In this document: in pieces, positions 1 to 11,321 of the stretch | Numbering within the stretch: position 1 is the first letter of the stretch | Layout of the letters: each line of letters opens with the position of its first letter | Assembly: GCA_964019335.1 (NCBI GenBank) | Contig: OZ025699.1 | Coordinates: forward strand, 248,001-312,000 | Origin: Diplonema japonicum | Lineage: Eukaryota; Protista; Euglenozoa: Diplonemea | Reading direction: 5' to 3' | DNA length: 64,000 nt | The notes under the pieces: model-generated | Databases searched by the model: none | What the model was told of the DNA's origin: nothing | Seen by the model: only the letters and a program-made list of their open reading frames with translations | Program-made: the position numbers and the translations under genes

Positions 1-134
1 TCAAGAAGTGGAAAAGGAAAAGGTGGAAACTAAAATCATAGGGTGCGAGGTCTGTGAGACCCTGCATAGCCTATCGCCCTCGTAGCACGCCGGGCCGGCA
101 CTCCTACATTGCGTAGGGTCGTCTCCAGTAGTTC

Positions 135-1970
135 CTAGTTGTAGGAGTTCAGCACAGTCGACCACTGTGACTCGCTGTAGTAGAGGGTCCCTGCCCCCAC
201 GAAGTCAGCGAGTAGGGCTGCCACAGTCGGATACGACTTGTCCTTGAACCCTTGGGTCTGCAACCGAAAGCCCTGTTCCTGGCGGGAAGCGTAGAGCCAT
301 GTCGAGTCATAACAGACCAGCAGACACGGGATCGCGACGCGTGTGTCGAGGGGGACCGTGATCATGGGGGTCTCACCCAGGAAGTGTGTGCAAGCCCTGG
401 ACATGCAGCTGAGGTCAAAGACGGCCTCGCCCTGGGAAAGGAAGCCCAGGTGTCGAAGCTCATCCAGGTCCTCAGGGCCGTCGACGTCTGCTTCCCTGGT
501 GAGCCTCTTAAGGGCGACAAGTCCAGTGACTCTGGTGTTCGGCCTCGTCGCGGCGAGATCCCGTTTGGCCGCGGGAAGGGCGGGGCCGTCTTCGGGTTCC
601 GGGCGTTTGTTCCTCTGCCCGTTGTAGGTGAGCAGGAGAGGGGTCCTCCCTGGAGTCCTAGTCTCGTCACCTCTTGGGGCCTCGGAACCGAAGAGTGGGT
701 GTTTCCAGCCGCCTTGGGCGAAGAACTCCGACCACCACTGTTGCTGTACCGCGGTGTTCAGCCCCGAGTGCCATTCGTGAGACAGCCGAAGACGTTCGGT
801 GGTAGACAACGCCTTGTGCGCAATCAGAAGAAGCTGTTCCTGGTTGGCGACGGTTGCCTGTTGGTCGGCAGTTCTATCCGTGTCACGGGCCTCGAGCAGC
901 AGTTGATGTGGAGAGGTGTCCAGGTGCATCGGGAGGGGACCGAAGAGCTCCGGGTGTCGCCGGAAGTAGACCAAGAGACTGAGGTATCGATCCATCCGTC
1001 TCTGGAGGGCCCTTCGGTTGAGGGCTTCCTGATCAAAACCCTGTGACTGCTCGCGCAGGATGAGAAGATCGCCATCGCCTGTGGAGGAACTCTTACCACG
1101 ACGGCTTTCGTGCTCGTAAGCAGTGCCGTCGTGCTTCTTCTTGCGCGAGGGTCTGTCCGGGGAGTCCTGCGTGAGGTCGATCATTTCTAAACCACCATCC
1201 GCCTGGTGAGGGTCTAGGGGAGCGTCTGCCTCGGCTCGGGCCACGGGCGGCTCCAGGGTCAGCGTCGTGTCTCTCTGGGCGTTGACCACCGGTTGAAGCG
1301 TCGCGTGTCCCATGGCGGGAGCCATCGGCGTATCCATCCCGAGTCCGATGTTCTCATGGACGGACTGGATGCAAGGAGTGAGCTGTACCTGGCGGGCGCC
1401 GAGGGGGGCGTCTGCCAGAACGGGCGTTGTCACGGCTCGGGCGAGCGATGACTCCACAGCCGACGTTGTCACAATCTGGGAGCCGACCACTGGTTGGAGT
1501 GTCGCGTGTCCCATGGTAGACGACGGCATCGGTGTGTCACTCCCGTGTCCGGTGTCCCGACGGGTGGACTGAGTGCAGGCCGCGAGCTGGGTGGATGACA
1601 CGTCCGTTGGCGGTGGAAGGCATGGTGTCAACCGAGGCTCAGTAACCGGCCGCCTCGACAGGGTCGCGCGGGGCGTCGGAATTTCGACAGACTTCGTAAG
1701 TCTGACCGCCGCGGCCGAGGGCGACCCCAGTCCGGCGTCCATCGGGGGCAGTCTACTGCTGGGAGGATCCGTCTGGAGCGTCGATGATATCGAGAACAGT
1801 ACAGGTGCTGTGACACGGTCCGTCTGACAGGTTGCGACTGCTGTCTGTGGTGTAGACTTGTGCAGACTCGAGACCTTCAGGAAGAGCGGGACAGTTCCGA
1901 CCACGTTAGTCTGGCTTGCCGTAGACGTGGTGGTGACAGAGCATCCGGTGTGCACGGCTCGCGCGGCCAC
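135..1970 (-). CDS. Uncharacterised long ORF (Thr/Pro-rich N-part with a duplicated DTPM..MGHATLQPVV motif, globular C-part); probably the C-terminal extension or cargo of the adjacent pogo-like element
   Basis: 611 uninterrupted codons. The frame stays open upstream to about 2175, directly after the DDE end (QPMDIGLNAAVKHLLR). No recognisable domain. Confidence 0.4.
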   Translation of the reverse strand: MAARAVHTGCSVTTTSTASQTNVVGTVPLFLKVSSLHKSTPQTAVATCQTDRVTAPVLFSISSTLQTDPPSSRLPPMDAGLGSPSAAAVRLTKSVEIPTPRATLSRRPVTEPRLTPCLPPPTDVSSTQLAACTQSTRRDTGHGSDTPMPSSTMGHATLQPVVGSQIVTTSAVESSLARAVTTPVLADAPLGARQVQLTPCIQSVHENIGLGMDTPMAPAMGHATLQPVVNAQRDTTLTLEPPVARAEADAPLDPHQADGGLEMIDLTQDSPDRPSRKKKHDGTAYEHESRRGKSSSTGDGDLLILREQSQGFDQEALNRRALQRRMDRYLSLLVYFRRHPELFGPLPMHLDTSPHQLLLEARDTDRTADQQATVANQEQLLLIAHKALSTTERLRLSHEWHSGLNTAVQQQWWSEFFAQGGWKHPLFGSEAPRGDETRTPGRTPLLLTYNGQRNKRPEPEDGPALPAAKRDLAATRPNTRVTGLVALKRLTREADVDGPEDLDELRHLGFLSQGEAVFDLSCMSRACTHFLGETPMITVPLDTRVAIPCLLVCYDSTWLYASRQEQGFRLQTQGFKDKSYPTVAALLADFVGAGTLYYSESQWSTVLNSYN

Positions 1971-2046
1971 GGCGGCAGCTAGGGCTACGATGGCGGTGGC
2001 GACGGGCCGGGTTTTTTTAGGTAAGGCCGTCAGGGGGCCTGGTCCA

Positions 2047-3554
2047 CTACCACCTACATACTGGCCTGGGCTGCAAACGGCAACCGCGCGAAGAAACCCC
2101 CAGGGTTCCCTTTCTGCATCTTTGTCCTCCCTTGCTGCCCCTGAGGCAATCAGCTTGTCGAGCCTTCGTGTGGCCTACTACCTTTCTTAATAGATGCTTT
2201 ACAGCTGCGTTCAACCCAATATCCATCGGTTGAACCATGTAGGTGAGCCCAGGGGGACAAAAGCAATGTGCACGTTTGCGCCTGCGAACCACTCTACGAA
2301 CCCATAGGCATAGGTCGTATGAGAGTTGTGGTCGCCGACAAGCAGCAGAATCGGCCCGTTCGGCAAAACCATGGGAATCGATGATTTATAGCAAAAAGGA
2401 AGAAACAGCTCCGTAACCCAGATACCGAGTATCATAATTAGCCCAATGATTGGGCGATGCCGTTAGGCTCCATTCGGTGGGCGGTGCTTGACCGGGGCAC
2501 GGATAATCCCTGCCGGTTGCGTTTCCGCTTTGCCTTTGTATTTAACCATCCAGCCAAGGAAACAGCCAGCTGTTCGGTTATAGCCCGTTTTGTCCCCCAA
2601 GCCACGGACTTTTACGACCTTAGCACCCCTTTTTTTTGTTTTGGTTTTTAACCCCGTATTCCAGACCAATTCCGGCCTTACTTTATGGGTGTCGATTATG
2701 GACCTGAATTCCATGGTGAAACAGCGTGCCTTCTCGTTGTCCTTCTCGTTTCCGGGCTTTCCAGAGGTGGCTTGCGGCTTTTGTCTTTCTTGCTGCAAAA
2801 TTTTGTCAGCCTAGCCAGTGGAAAAGGACAGTGCCCCACCAAAGTCTACCAGTCTGTCTTTCGGGCTGGATTGGCGCACAGCAGCCCTTCTGCATAGGTG
2901 CATATTTGTTGTGCTGGGATAGGCTCACCAAGCCCGTTTACCTATCGACTCAAGCAAAAACCTTTCAGCCCCCGAAGGATGCTAAATCCCGTATTGGGCG
3001 ATACGCAGCTATCACGGCGTCGCGGCGGCCAGGGTGTGGTTGGGTGGAATAGCAACGTCCAGTATTTCCGTCTGGAAGAAACCGGGGGCTCTGTTGAACC
3101 TGTTGCTGCCGTCTTCTGACCGAGGCAGAGGCCGCCAAGCTGCTTTCGGGGGTTTGTACTGGCCCGGTGTAAGGAGTTTATCTCCTCCACCTCTCGGGGG
3201 TGAGCTGGCCGGGGGTGTCAGCACCAAAGTTGGGCCCCTCACAAGCCAGCTGCTCAACGTGCCATGGGTAGTCGAACTGGTCAATTTGACGAAAGAAGTA
3301 CGGGTTTATGAGAAGTTAAAGATCCCGTGGGTGCTGTTTGTTGGTGCATTGAAAGGGGAAGAAAAATTCAAACTGCCACGCAGGGTGACATTTTGGCTCT
3401 GCACAAGGAATAAAGCCCTTCCAGGCAAACGTGGTGGGAGCTGCTACCCCCCTTAAGTAAAAAAACTTCTTCCCAGAAAAACTCCCGGACGGAAAAATGT
3501 CCGGGTTTTTTTGGTGTCCGAGAATTTTTCCGTCCGACATTATTCGTTTTACAG
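2047..3554 (-). mobile_element. Degenerate pogo/Tc1-mariner-type DNA transposon (DDE_1 transposase remnant), copy 1
   Basis: Frameshifted fragments HIAFVP/CPPGLTYMVQPMDIGLN and WVTELFLPF. One terminus, ...TTCGTTTTACAG|TA, at 3554. Subterminal TCCGG/CCGGAC motifs. Homologous to 4321-5913. Confidence 0.7.
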
Positions 3555-4320
3555 TAATAATAATAAATATTCCACTACCAGGCGGGAGGATCGAAGGGGA
3601 GTAGAGAAAACCATTCAAGGGAAAGGGAAAGGGACATCACTTCAAACCAAGAGAGGTGTTTGAAAGTGATTCGTGAAAAGCAGTCTCTGTTACTGAGCCA
3701 TTGGTCGAGGGGTCCTGGTCCGCTGCTCCCTGTAGTAAATTACTTGGACCCCCTCACCACGCTCTTTTCATAATAAAATAAAACCGATCCCACCCACCAG
3801 GCAGCACCTGGGTCTCGAGGCATTAGCCGCCTCTAGTAACAAGAGACGACCTCCCAGATTTTAAGAACTTTGGAGGAGTTTCAATTGTGAATAATTAACC
3901 AGCTGACTGTGAAACTCAACCGTCTGCTGGACTTGTTGGGCTTTCGGGAGCCAAAAATTCAATTCAATTAAGTTTCTTTCTTCATTTTTTTTTTTTTTTC
4001 TTCTTTTTTTTTTTTTTTCTCAAAATAAAGGAATTCAAATCAAGCTCGATCGTGTACACCGAAGCTTGAATCATCTGTCCTTCTTTTTTTCTTTTTTTTT
4101 TTTTTTTCTTTTTTCTTTCTATATGAAAGGTGAGTGAAAAATTTGAATAACACTGGGGGCGGGGGACAGGGGCCTGGTAATGGAAAATAAGGGAAGACAC
4201 TGGGGAGGGAGGTGAAAAGAAAGGATAGGAGTGAAGCCAGAGTCGAGAGATTGAGTTAGAAACAATTGCTGTCTGAAGTCGTATAACAACTTCAGACCTC
4301 AATGTTTGGAGAGTATAATA

Positions 4321-5913
4321 CTGTAAAACAAAAATCCACCGGAAGATAAAATATCCGAACCGCCGAAACATCCGGTGATTTTTTCTTCCGGACATTTTAT
4401 CTTCCGGACATTCTTTTGGGCACTTTTCTAAGGGGGTACCTAGCCTGCCCTACGCACTGCCCCCTCTGTCTGGAAAACTTATATTTCTGTTGCAAGAGTC
4501 TTAAGAACGGCAAAAATAAAATTCAAATTAACAGACGAAAGCTGCATGCTCTAAAAAGGGGAAGGACATATCTCGCGACCCCTCCAGGCTGACCTCTTCA
4601 GGTGACTGAAATGATATTGCAAGTGGGAATATCTTCAGGTGAGAGGCACCCTTCAATGGCTGCGTCCCAGCAGGTTGGAGAGTACTTTTCCCGACAATAG
4701 AACTAAAAAAGGGGGCGAGGAAAGGGCAGCATCTTACCTGTCCTCACGTCCGGCCGTCTTGTTTGCTGCCTTCGCAGCCTTGGCAGTGCGCCTGGCCTCG
4801 GCCTTAATGGCAAAAATAGGTGAGGTCTGGGGGGACAAACGCTAAGTGAACGTTTGTTTCTGAAAACAAGTTCACAAAAGCCTGCATAGTGTGTACATTG
4901 TAGTCATCAAGGATGAGTAGGATGGGCTCGGTGGGTGCTCAGCCCGATGACTCGATGAGGTTGTAGCAAAGGGGAGAAACAAATCTTTTACCCAGAGCCG
5001 AAGCGTTTCCTGGGTGGCCCAGTGAGATTTCGAAGCTGTTAAACTCCAGCCTTTTGGGGGGTGTGCAACACGAGGGACGGACCCGAGGTATTTCCTGCCG
5101 CGAGCTGGTTCTGTTTTTCCCGTGTAAATTAACTGCGGGTGCAGTTTGCCACCAGTCAGGGAAACGCAAAACTGTCCGGTGACGGCGCGCTTGTCCCAAA
5201 TCCCTAACCTTGACAACCTTGGGACCCCTTTTCGTCTTCTTCCCAGCGGCAGCAGCTGGTCCATGTTCCAGGTCAACCGGCCTGATCTTTGTGAACCTCC
5301 TCGCTGCTTGGGTGTCTTTGGGGCTGCTAGACTTCCCTATTGTTGGGCGGCGGCTTGTGATGCCATGCTTGGGGCACAGCTGGTTGGCCCTCTGCATACA
5401 GGCAGATCGCTGCTACCGGCACCCCCCTTCCGTTCTGCATCTGGATCCAAACAAAGAGCCTTGTTGTTTCTTCCTAGTTCAGAAGAGGCTTGCGACCCGC
5501 AGTAACGGGTGCGGCAGGGGGATCGACCTTGGAGCTACCAAAGCGGTGCTTCCAGTCTGATATACTGGACATTGGCTCCATGACGCAAACCCGCAAAAAA
5601 ATAAGAACAACCTAAAGCAAGCACAAGAAGTGGTTTGGTTCAACAAGCTTGTGGTAGAAGCAAACAATCAGGATCTGAGGTGTCTTTTAGTTCTTGGAAA
5701 AGTCCGTAATTCAATTCTCTGATTTTTGTTTGATTTTCTCTTGCTATAGAAACTAGTTTCATCAGTTTTCGGGTCGGTCCCTTTAATAAAAGGGGGGTCC
5801 CAGGAAAAAAATGTCCGGAAGAAAAAATATCCGGACCGCCAGAGCTTCCGGACATTTTATCTTCCGGACATTTTATCTTCCGGACATTTTATCCGGTGAT
5901 TTTTGTTTTACAG
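4321..5913 (-). mobile_element. pogo-like DNA transposon with both TIRs and TA target duplication, internally decayed
   Basis: TA|CTGTAAAACAAAAATC(C)ACCGGA ... TCCGGTGATTTTTGTTTTACAG|TA. Subterminal TTCCGGACATTTTATC repeats at both ends. Transposase fragment GKLHPQLIYTGKT..PPKGWSLTASKSHWATQETLRLWV. Confidence 0.85.
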
Positions 5914-5936
5914 TATATTATAATTTATAAGTTTTT

Positions 5937-8900
5937 TCACAATGTTCCCTGCCGCTCCAAGAGCTGGGCGGTCTTACAGGCGTCGGTCGACAGGAGGACT
6001 TTGAGGGAAGGAAGGGAGCTACCGAAGATCTGACTCCTTTGGTCGATCCTCTTTTCGTCTTGGCATTCCCGTAGGAGGTGGCTTAGAGTCTGAGGTTGCG
6101 AACATAGATGGCACGGGACCTCCTCAACTGGGGGTATGAGTAGGTATCCGCAAGTGAGTGGGCTCTTCCCCACCCTCAGCCTCATGATCGCCACTTCTTT
6201 CTTTCTGTCCAGCTCCTCGAACTTCTCGAAACTTCCGGCAAACAGCTCCCTGTACGTCTTTGTGACGCCAGTATCCTTCCATAGGCGGAGGTGGCTTCTG
6301 ATGACATGCTTCCTCACCAGAGTTTTAACCACCTCAATGTCTGTCTCACGGGTGTGAGCCAGTCTTTCGCTCGCCTCTTTTGCCTTCTGGTCCGCCTTCT
6401 CGTTCCACTTGTACCCGCAGTGACTCGGGACGTATTGAACGATTAGCTTGTGGCCTCTGCCTGTCAAGCTCGCGACCTCCTGCCAGAGTTCGAAGTCATC
6501 TTTGGAGGCTGCCGACATGTGTCCCTGGCACATCTTCCGTATCACCGACTGCGAATCTGTGCATATCAGAACCATCCCTTGGCTTGCAAGCTTCCTCTCT
6601 GAGAGTCTTGTCGCCAGTCGGATCCCTAGCCTCAGGGCCCTGAGTTCGCATTTGTAGGATGTCGAATACAGTCCACCGCTGATCCCGTAGGCAGCATCGG
6701 ACCCATTGTGCAGCAGGATGGCGGCCGAGCCTCCGTTCTTCCCATCCTTTACGGACCCGTCTGTGAACACCATGCAGAATGCCCGGCCGTGCTTCTTGCA
6801 TAACCTGTTCAGGGTGTTCTTTGTTGCCTCTTTCCTGACCTCTTTTGGGTCCGTCCTTTTCACTTGCGTGTCTAGGAAGGAGCACGAGTTGCCCCTCGAA
6901 TCTTTGCCAGGGTGCAACCGCGAGTCTCCTCATGAAGACGGCGCCCGAGTGAGGTGTGCCCGTTCTCTCTGGGAGTTTGTAGGCTTTCGACGCCTCTCTC
7001 TGTTTGTCAGACCAAGTCCTCCTTGGTAGGAGCTTCTCGTACCTGGTCAGATCCTCCAGAGGCTGAGTCGCCTGGTATGCGGCGGTGTCCACTTTTCTCA
7101 TCAGTGACTCGTAGAGCAACAGGCTGTCGTGTTCGATCAGCGCATCCAGGGTCCACAGCCCCGCTTCGTTCAGTGTCGCGAATGTCTCTGATGACGCGAT
7201 GCAGCCTGTGATCTTCACCGCTGCCCTGTATTGAAGCTTCTTGATGCCTTCGTGGGGCGTGTTCCTCCCGCTCGGGAGAAATGACCCGTACACGCCCAAG
7301 CAGTATCTGAAGACTGGTTGCACATATGTGAGGTATAGAGCCCTCAACACCACCTTCTTGCAACCCCATCTCGTTCCCGCAAGGCAGCTCAGCAGCCTGA
7401 CCCTGCTTTCACCTCTTTCCAAGACGTCTCTGGAGTGTTCGGAGAAAAGCATGTCCTCCTCGAAGGTGACTCCGAGCAGCTTTGTTTTTTCGACCACCTC
7501 GAGTTCTTCGCCGGTCTTGAAAGTTGCTCTGATCTTCCCCTTCAGTGTTCTCTGCGGATAGGAGATGCCAGCAACGGGAAGGAACTCTGTCTTTCCCTTG
7601 GAGATCACCATCGAGTTTCTCGAGCACCAGCTCTCCACAACCCTCAGGATCTTCATCAGTTTTCCATTCAAGCTGTCCAGGTCTTTTTCGTGCAGCACCA
7701 CCGCAATGTCGTCTGCGTACATCACGGCATCAATGCCCTCCTTTTCGAACGTCTCTGAGAGGTCGTCCATGTAGATCGAGAAGAGGGTTGGGGCAAGGAT
7801 GGTTCCCTGTGGAACCCCACCCGTTATGTGTTCGTGCTTCCCTGTTTCGCCACTCACCTTGACGGCAGCGATCCTCTGGTCTAGGAAAGCGGCCACCCAG
7901 TCCGTAATTCTTTGCGGGTAGCCATTACTCCTCATTTTCGCATTTAGACCCTTGTGCCACACTGTGTCGAAGGCTCCTTTCAGGTCGAAGAGCAAAAGTC
8001 CGCCGCAGAACTCATCGTCTCTGATGCGGTTCAGTTTCGTGGTCACTTGCAGGACGTTCTCTTCTGTGGAGCGCCCTTTCCTGAAACCTGACTGCATTTT
8101 GTGCACCCTCTTCACATCTCCCACGTCTTGGTGGTAGTCGACCCTTATCTTTACTATCCTCTCCATTGTCTTTGAAATGTTGGAGGTTAGCGATATCGGT
8201 CTGTACGATGCCGGATCACTTCTTGACTTGCCCTTTCCTTTGAAAAGTGGGATTATGTGCGTGAACCTCCAGTCTGATGGTACCACTCCCTTCTCCCATG
8301 ACATATTGAACAGATGGAGTAATGTGTCCATGGCTGTCCCCCCCAGGTGTTTCAGCATCTCGTTGTAGACTCCGTCTGGGCCCGGGGATTTCCCCTTCTT
8401 CAACTGCCTCAGCGCGTGCTTCAGTTCCTCCATGCTTATCCCTGGGCAAGTGACCCTGTCCCTCAAGTCCTTGATCACTTTGGACTTCCTGTTTTCACCG
8501 TCCAGCATCTTCTTTGTGTCCTTGTTAAGGTGGGGTGCAAAAGCCTTTGCGTAGTGCTCCACAAGGACGTCTGCTTTTTGCTTCGCCGATGTGTGTAGCT
8601 TGCCGCCTGCCATTAGTGGTGCTACTGGATCTTTGTCCTTCCTGCCATCGAGCGTTTTTATCGTCCTGAAAGCGTGTCCCAAGTCCTTTTTCTGAGACAG
8701 CTCCTTCATGTAGTCGGCCCACGCTCTTTTCTTCCCTTCATCGATCTGTTTCTGCACTTGCCTGCTGATTTCACCAAGCCTCTCGCATTGTTCTATCGAT
8801 GGGATGCCGATGTCCGACATAATCTCCTTCTTCAGAGCGTTTCTTCTTCCAACCAGTTGCGTCAGCTCTTCAGTCCACCACGCTTTCCCGCCTCTCGCTC

Positions 8901-9915
8901 CCCCTCTTGGGATGAAGAGCCTGGCGGCCTCCTTGACTGCTTCAGTGAACTGCTTGTTTAGCCTGACCGGGTCTCCTGTTCTCTGCAGGTGCCTCAGGGT
9001 GTACTCCAGATGATTTCTGTACCCCTCCCAGTCAGCTTTTTTGAAGCTGAATTTCTTAATGGTTGGTCCGGTTTCGTATTTCGTTCTTATCCGGATGGAC
9101 ATGGGTATGTGGTCAGACCCCCATGAATCGAGGGTTGTCCAGGATCTAGAGTCCATGTCTGGCCCGCTTATCACCAGGTCCGGTGATGATAAGGAACCTC
9201 TTGTGTTCAATAGTGTCGGTGTGGCTTTGTCATTCCAGGGTCGCATCCCTTTCTCGATCATCCACTTTGCGACTTTGTCACCTATGAGGTCCTCTTTCTT
9301 TCTTCTCCCGTCCCACAGAGGGTGGTGGGCGTTGAAATCCCCCATGATTAAGGTTCTGTCCCCTGTCGGGAGTGTGTTCGGGTTGAAGTAGGTGTCGATG
9401 CTCGGTCTGTCATCGCTCGGATCTGACGGCGATGTTGGTGGAAGGTAGATGTTCACCAGGAGGATCTCCTTTTGACCTGGCGGGTATATCTTGACGTCCA
9501 GTCTTTCCGTCACGTCATTTTTCTTCTCCTTCCTTTCGACACCGCTAGCGTTGATGCCTTCTTTCACGAGAGTCAGTAAGCCGCCCCCTTTTATGGGGAA
9601 ATTCCTCCTTCTCGGTCGCGTCCTGTCTCTTCGGAAAGCTCTGTACCCTTCGAACCAGCCGTGGATCGCATCGTCTGATGTTAGGTGTGTCTCTTGGAGA
9701 CACAGGATGTCCGGCGCTGTTTCTTCGATAGCCTTCTCGATTTCGGCCTTCCTAGCTCTGAGGGACCTCACGTTCAGCGAGACTATCTTCAGCCATCCGT
9801 CTTTCGCGGCTGGCCCCGGGTTCTGCTCGACGTCACCGCACGCCAAGATGTCCATATCATGTGGTCCGCATCCTTTGCGCATCTTTCTCGGTGTGGTCAA
9901 GGGTCGTTTCAGCAT
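5937..9915 (-). CDS. Retrotransposon polyprotein: AP endonuclease, reverse transcriptase, RNase H, Zn knuckle; one frameshift near 6875
   Basis: APE motifs SLNVRSL, LCLQET, GDFNAHH, SDH. RT motifs YRPISLTS, FDLKGAFDTV, GVPQG, YADD. RNase H motifs FTDGS, CELRAL, TDSQS, VPSHCG..NEKAD in the overlapping frame 5937-6917. C-terminal CHLC..HLLREC. Confidence 0.9.
9811..9834 (-). other. 2A-like ribosomal skipping (StopGo) motif DVEQNPG|P
   Basis: Exact match to D(V/I)ExNPGP, about 34 aa after the first ATG and just before the APE domain. Confidence 0.9.
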
Positions 9916-10373
9916 GTATGTCACTCTGCCTTTGTGGTCACCCTACCTTCAGGTCTTCGAAGATAGGGTTGTACGACTTGGGGGGGGGGCGGCCCTAACA
10001 GACCTTACGTCGCCACCACTAACGCCTTGTCCCGTTTGGACACCCCTATACGTGCGGGGCCGGCCAGGATTTAGCCGCGAGTTGTAGCCAAGTCGTACGA
10101 GCTTCCTTCGCGTAGAGAGATGACATTGCTGTGACCCGTTGTCGTCGTCGTCGTCGTCGTGTATTATTTTTTTTTATATTTTTTTTTTATTTTTATTTTT
10201 TTTTTGTTGTTTTTTTTTTTTTCTCTTGTTCTTTTATTTTCTTTATGTTTTTTTCTTTTTGTTATTTTTTTTTTTTGTTTTTGTTTTTTTTTTTATGGTT
10301 TTTTTTTTTTTTTTTTTTTTTTTTTATTTTTTTATTATTTTTTTTTTTGTAGACGAATTGGGGGGTTGGGGGC

Positions 10374-11265
10374 TTAATAGGGAAACACTTTCTTTTTTCT
10401 TTTTTTTTTCTGCAGGGGTTGGATGCTGGTCTGGACGGCTGCCAGTCCTTCCCCCTGCTTCAGCACCGCCTCCCCTTGCGCACTGACCTGTTTCTGCAGG
10501 GCCGGGTAACTGGACTGTGCTTCTGCCAGAGACGTCCTCTGTCTCTGCAGTTCCTCTCTCTGCGCGGTGATCTCCTGTCTCTGCGCCGAGAGTTCGGCCC
10601 TCTGCGCCGCAACTTCTTGATGCAGATTCTGCATCTGGGCTACCATATCTGGCGAGATTGTTGCCTGTTGTTGCTGTTGTTGGGGGGGCTCCTGTGTGTT
10701 TTTTTGGGGTGTGGCGGTCCTCTTCCTCCACTCTTCTACTGCCTTGCAGTAGAGCTGCCACCCTACCGACCGGCCGTAGAATTCCAGAAATTCTTCTGGG
10801 CTGTACCTGTCTTGGTGGACTTTTGTTCTTTTTTTTTTTTCTTCCCCCTTCCTCGACCACTTCTTCCCTCCTGCAGCCCTGGACTCCAGGGGGTCGGCCA
10901 CCTTTATCGCCGGCAGGACTTCTGCCGTGGCGCCGTTCACCTTGATGCAGGTGTGGTGGGGGGGGGTGCGTGCGGTGTAGAGGAGGAAGGACGCGCCGCG
11001 CCTTCCGTCGTCAGGATACGACCTTCTCGGTCTGCTCTGAGACCGTTGCTGCGAGAATCGCAGCTGCGCCCTTCTCCTCCACTCCCTTCGGCAACGGACC
11101 GATGATCCAGTTGCCCTTCCGCACCTCGTCCTTCTTCTCCTTCTTCTTCTCTTCTTCTTCTTCGAATACCAGATTTAACTCTGGCATCGCCGCGGCGTCT
11201 TCGTCCACCTGCATCTGCAGGCTGTCCAGGCCCGTGGAGGCGTCCGCGCTGGTCTGCTGATCCAT
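10374..11265 (-). pseudogene. Frameshifted ORF1-like/coiled-coil gene remnant
   Basis: ATG at 11265 after an A run. Two ORFs (11011-11265, 10374-10940) with acidic/basic runs, a YSPEEFLEFYG..W motif and a heptad coiled coil, decaying into low complexity. Confidence 0.4.
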
Positions 11266-11321
11266 TTTTATAAATTTTTATTAAAATTTATTATGTGATA
11301 GTGTATCAGACCCCCCACCGA

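Larger units (their letters stand above)
5932..10137 (-). mobile_element. Apparently full-length ingi/L1Tc-clade non-LTR retrotransposon (2A-APE-RT-RNase H-CCHC)
   Basis: Domain order typical of the Ingi clade. The stop TGA runs straight into a short A tail at 5932-5937. Structured ~240-nt 5' leader, preceded by an (ACG)n microsatellite. Confidence 0.9.

Noticed and set aside
78-130. Weak likeness to the ingi/L1Tc 77-nt signature
   Set aside because: The P1 pairing is not convincing and no retroelement follows in that orientation.
5826-5895. Short tandem repeats TTCCGGACATTTTATC resembling a CRISPR or iteron array
   Set aside because: No unique spacers; these are subterminal repeats of the pogo-like element. 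No CRISPR array or cas genes were seen anywhere.
10131-10486. Many ORFs rich in poly-Phe/poly-Lys here and throughout the spacers
   Set aside because: They are translations of homopolymer tracts. The N-terminal extensions of real genes in the ORF track have the same origin.
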